Source: Alphaproteobacteria bacterium (GTDB lineage Bacteria > Pseudomonadota > Alphaproteobacteria > UBA828). Taken from it: 64,000 nucleotides of DNA. Every line of letters starts with the position of its first letter. The first letter of the stretch is position 1. The stretch is from the NCBI GenBank assembly GCA_965214705.1, contig OZ243972.1, forward strand, positions 1,504,001 through 1,568,000. Direction: 5' to 3'. Under the pieces are notes generated by a model, which was given only the letters and a program-made list of their open reading frames with translations, was not told where the DNA came from and ran no database searches. This document shows, one piece after another, positions 63,883 to 64,000 of this stretch. A program made the position numbers and the translations under genes.

Positions 63883-64000
63883 ATCGCGCCGGCGTTCCTC
63901 GCCGACTGCGCCGAACACTGGAAGCCCGCGACGCGGCGCGCGCACGCGGACGGCATGAACCGTTTCATACTGCCCGCCTTCGGCGATCGGTGCGTCGATA
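63883..64000 (+). pseudogene. integrase N-terminal fragment
   Basis: FLADCAEHWKPATRRAH..FILPAFGDRCVD. Confidence 0.5.

Overview
GC-rich, heavily IS-riddled accessory region that looks like a plasmid/ICE backbone. Backbone genes: SWIM-SNF2 helicase, MoxR-like AAA/DUF3150-like/vWA operon, ParB-like, recD2, recQ-topB and NYN. It is broken up by ISAs1, IS66, IS5/IS1182-like, IS91-like, RIT, IS1634, IS1595, IS3 and IS1202 elements, many with ends and target duplications readable by eye. Top candidates for something new: (1) a 3.15-kb IS1595 element (40633-43782) with four T4-late-promoter-like (A/C)TAAATA boxes, a T4-like small protein, a GIY-YIG nuclease behind a structured leader RNA and an aberrant tRNA; (2) a low-GC two-gene operon, HEAT-repeat protein plus PD-(D/E)xK nuclease, that looks like an unnamed defence system knocked out by an IS; (3) a hairpin-capped IS91-like/RIT composite inserted in the AAA ATPase gene; (4) IS66-like elements carrying a Dam-type methyltransferase. 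All family calls come from motif recognition by eye; no database searches were run.
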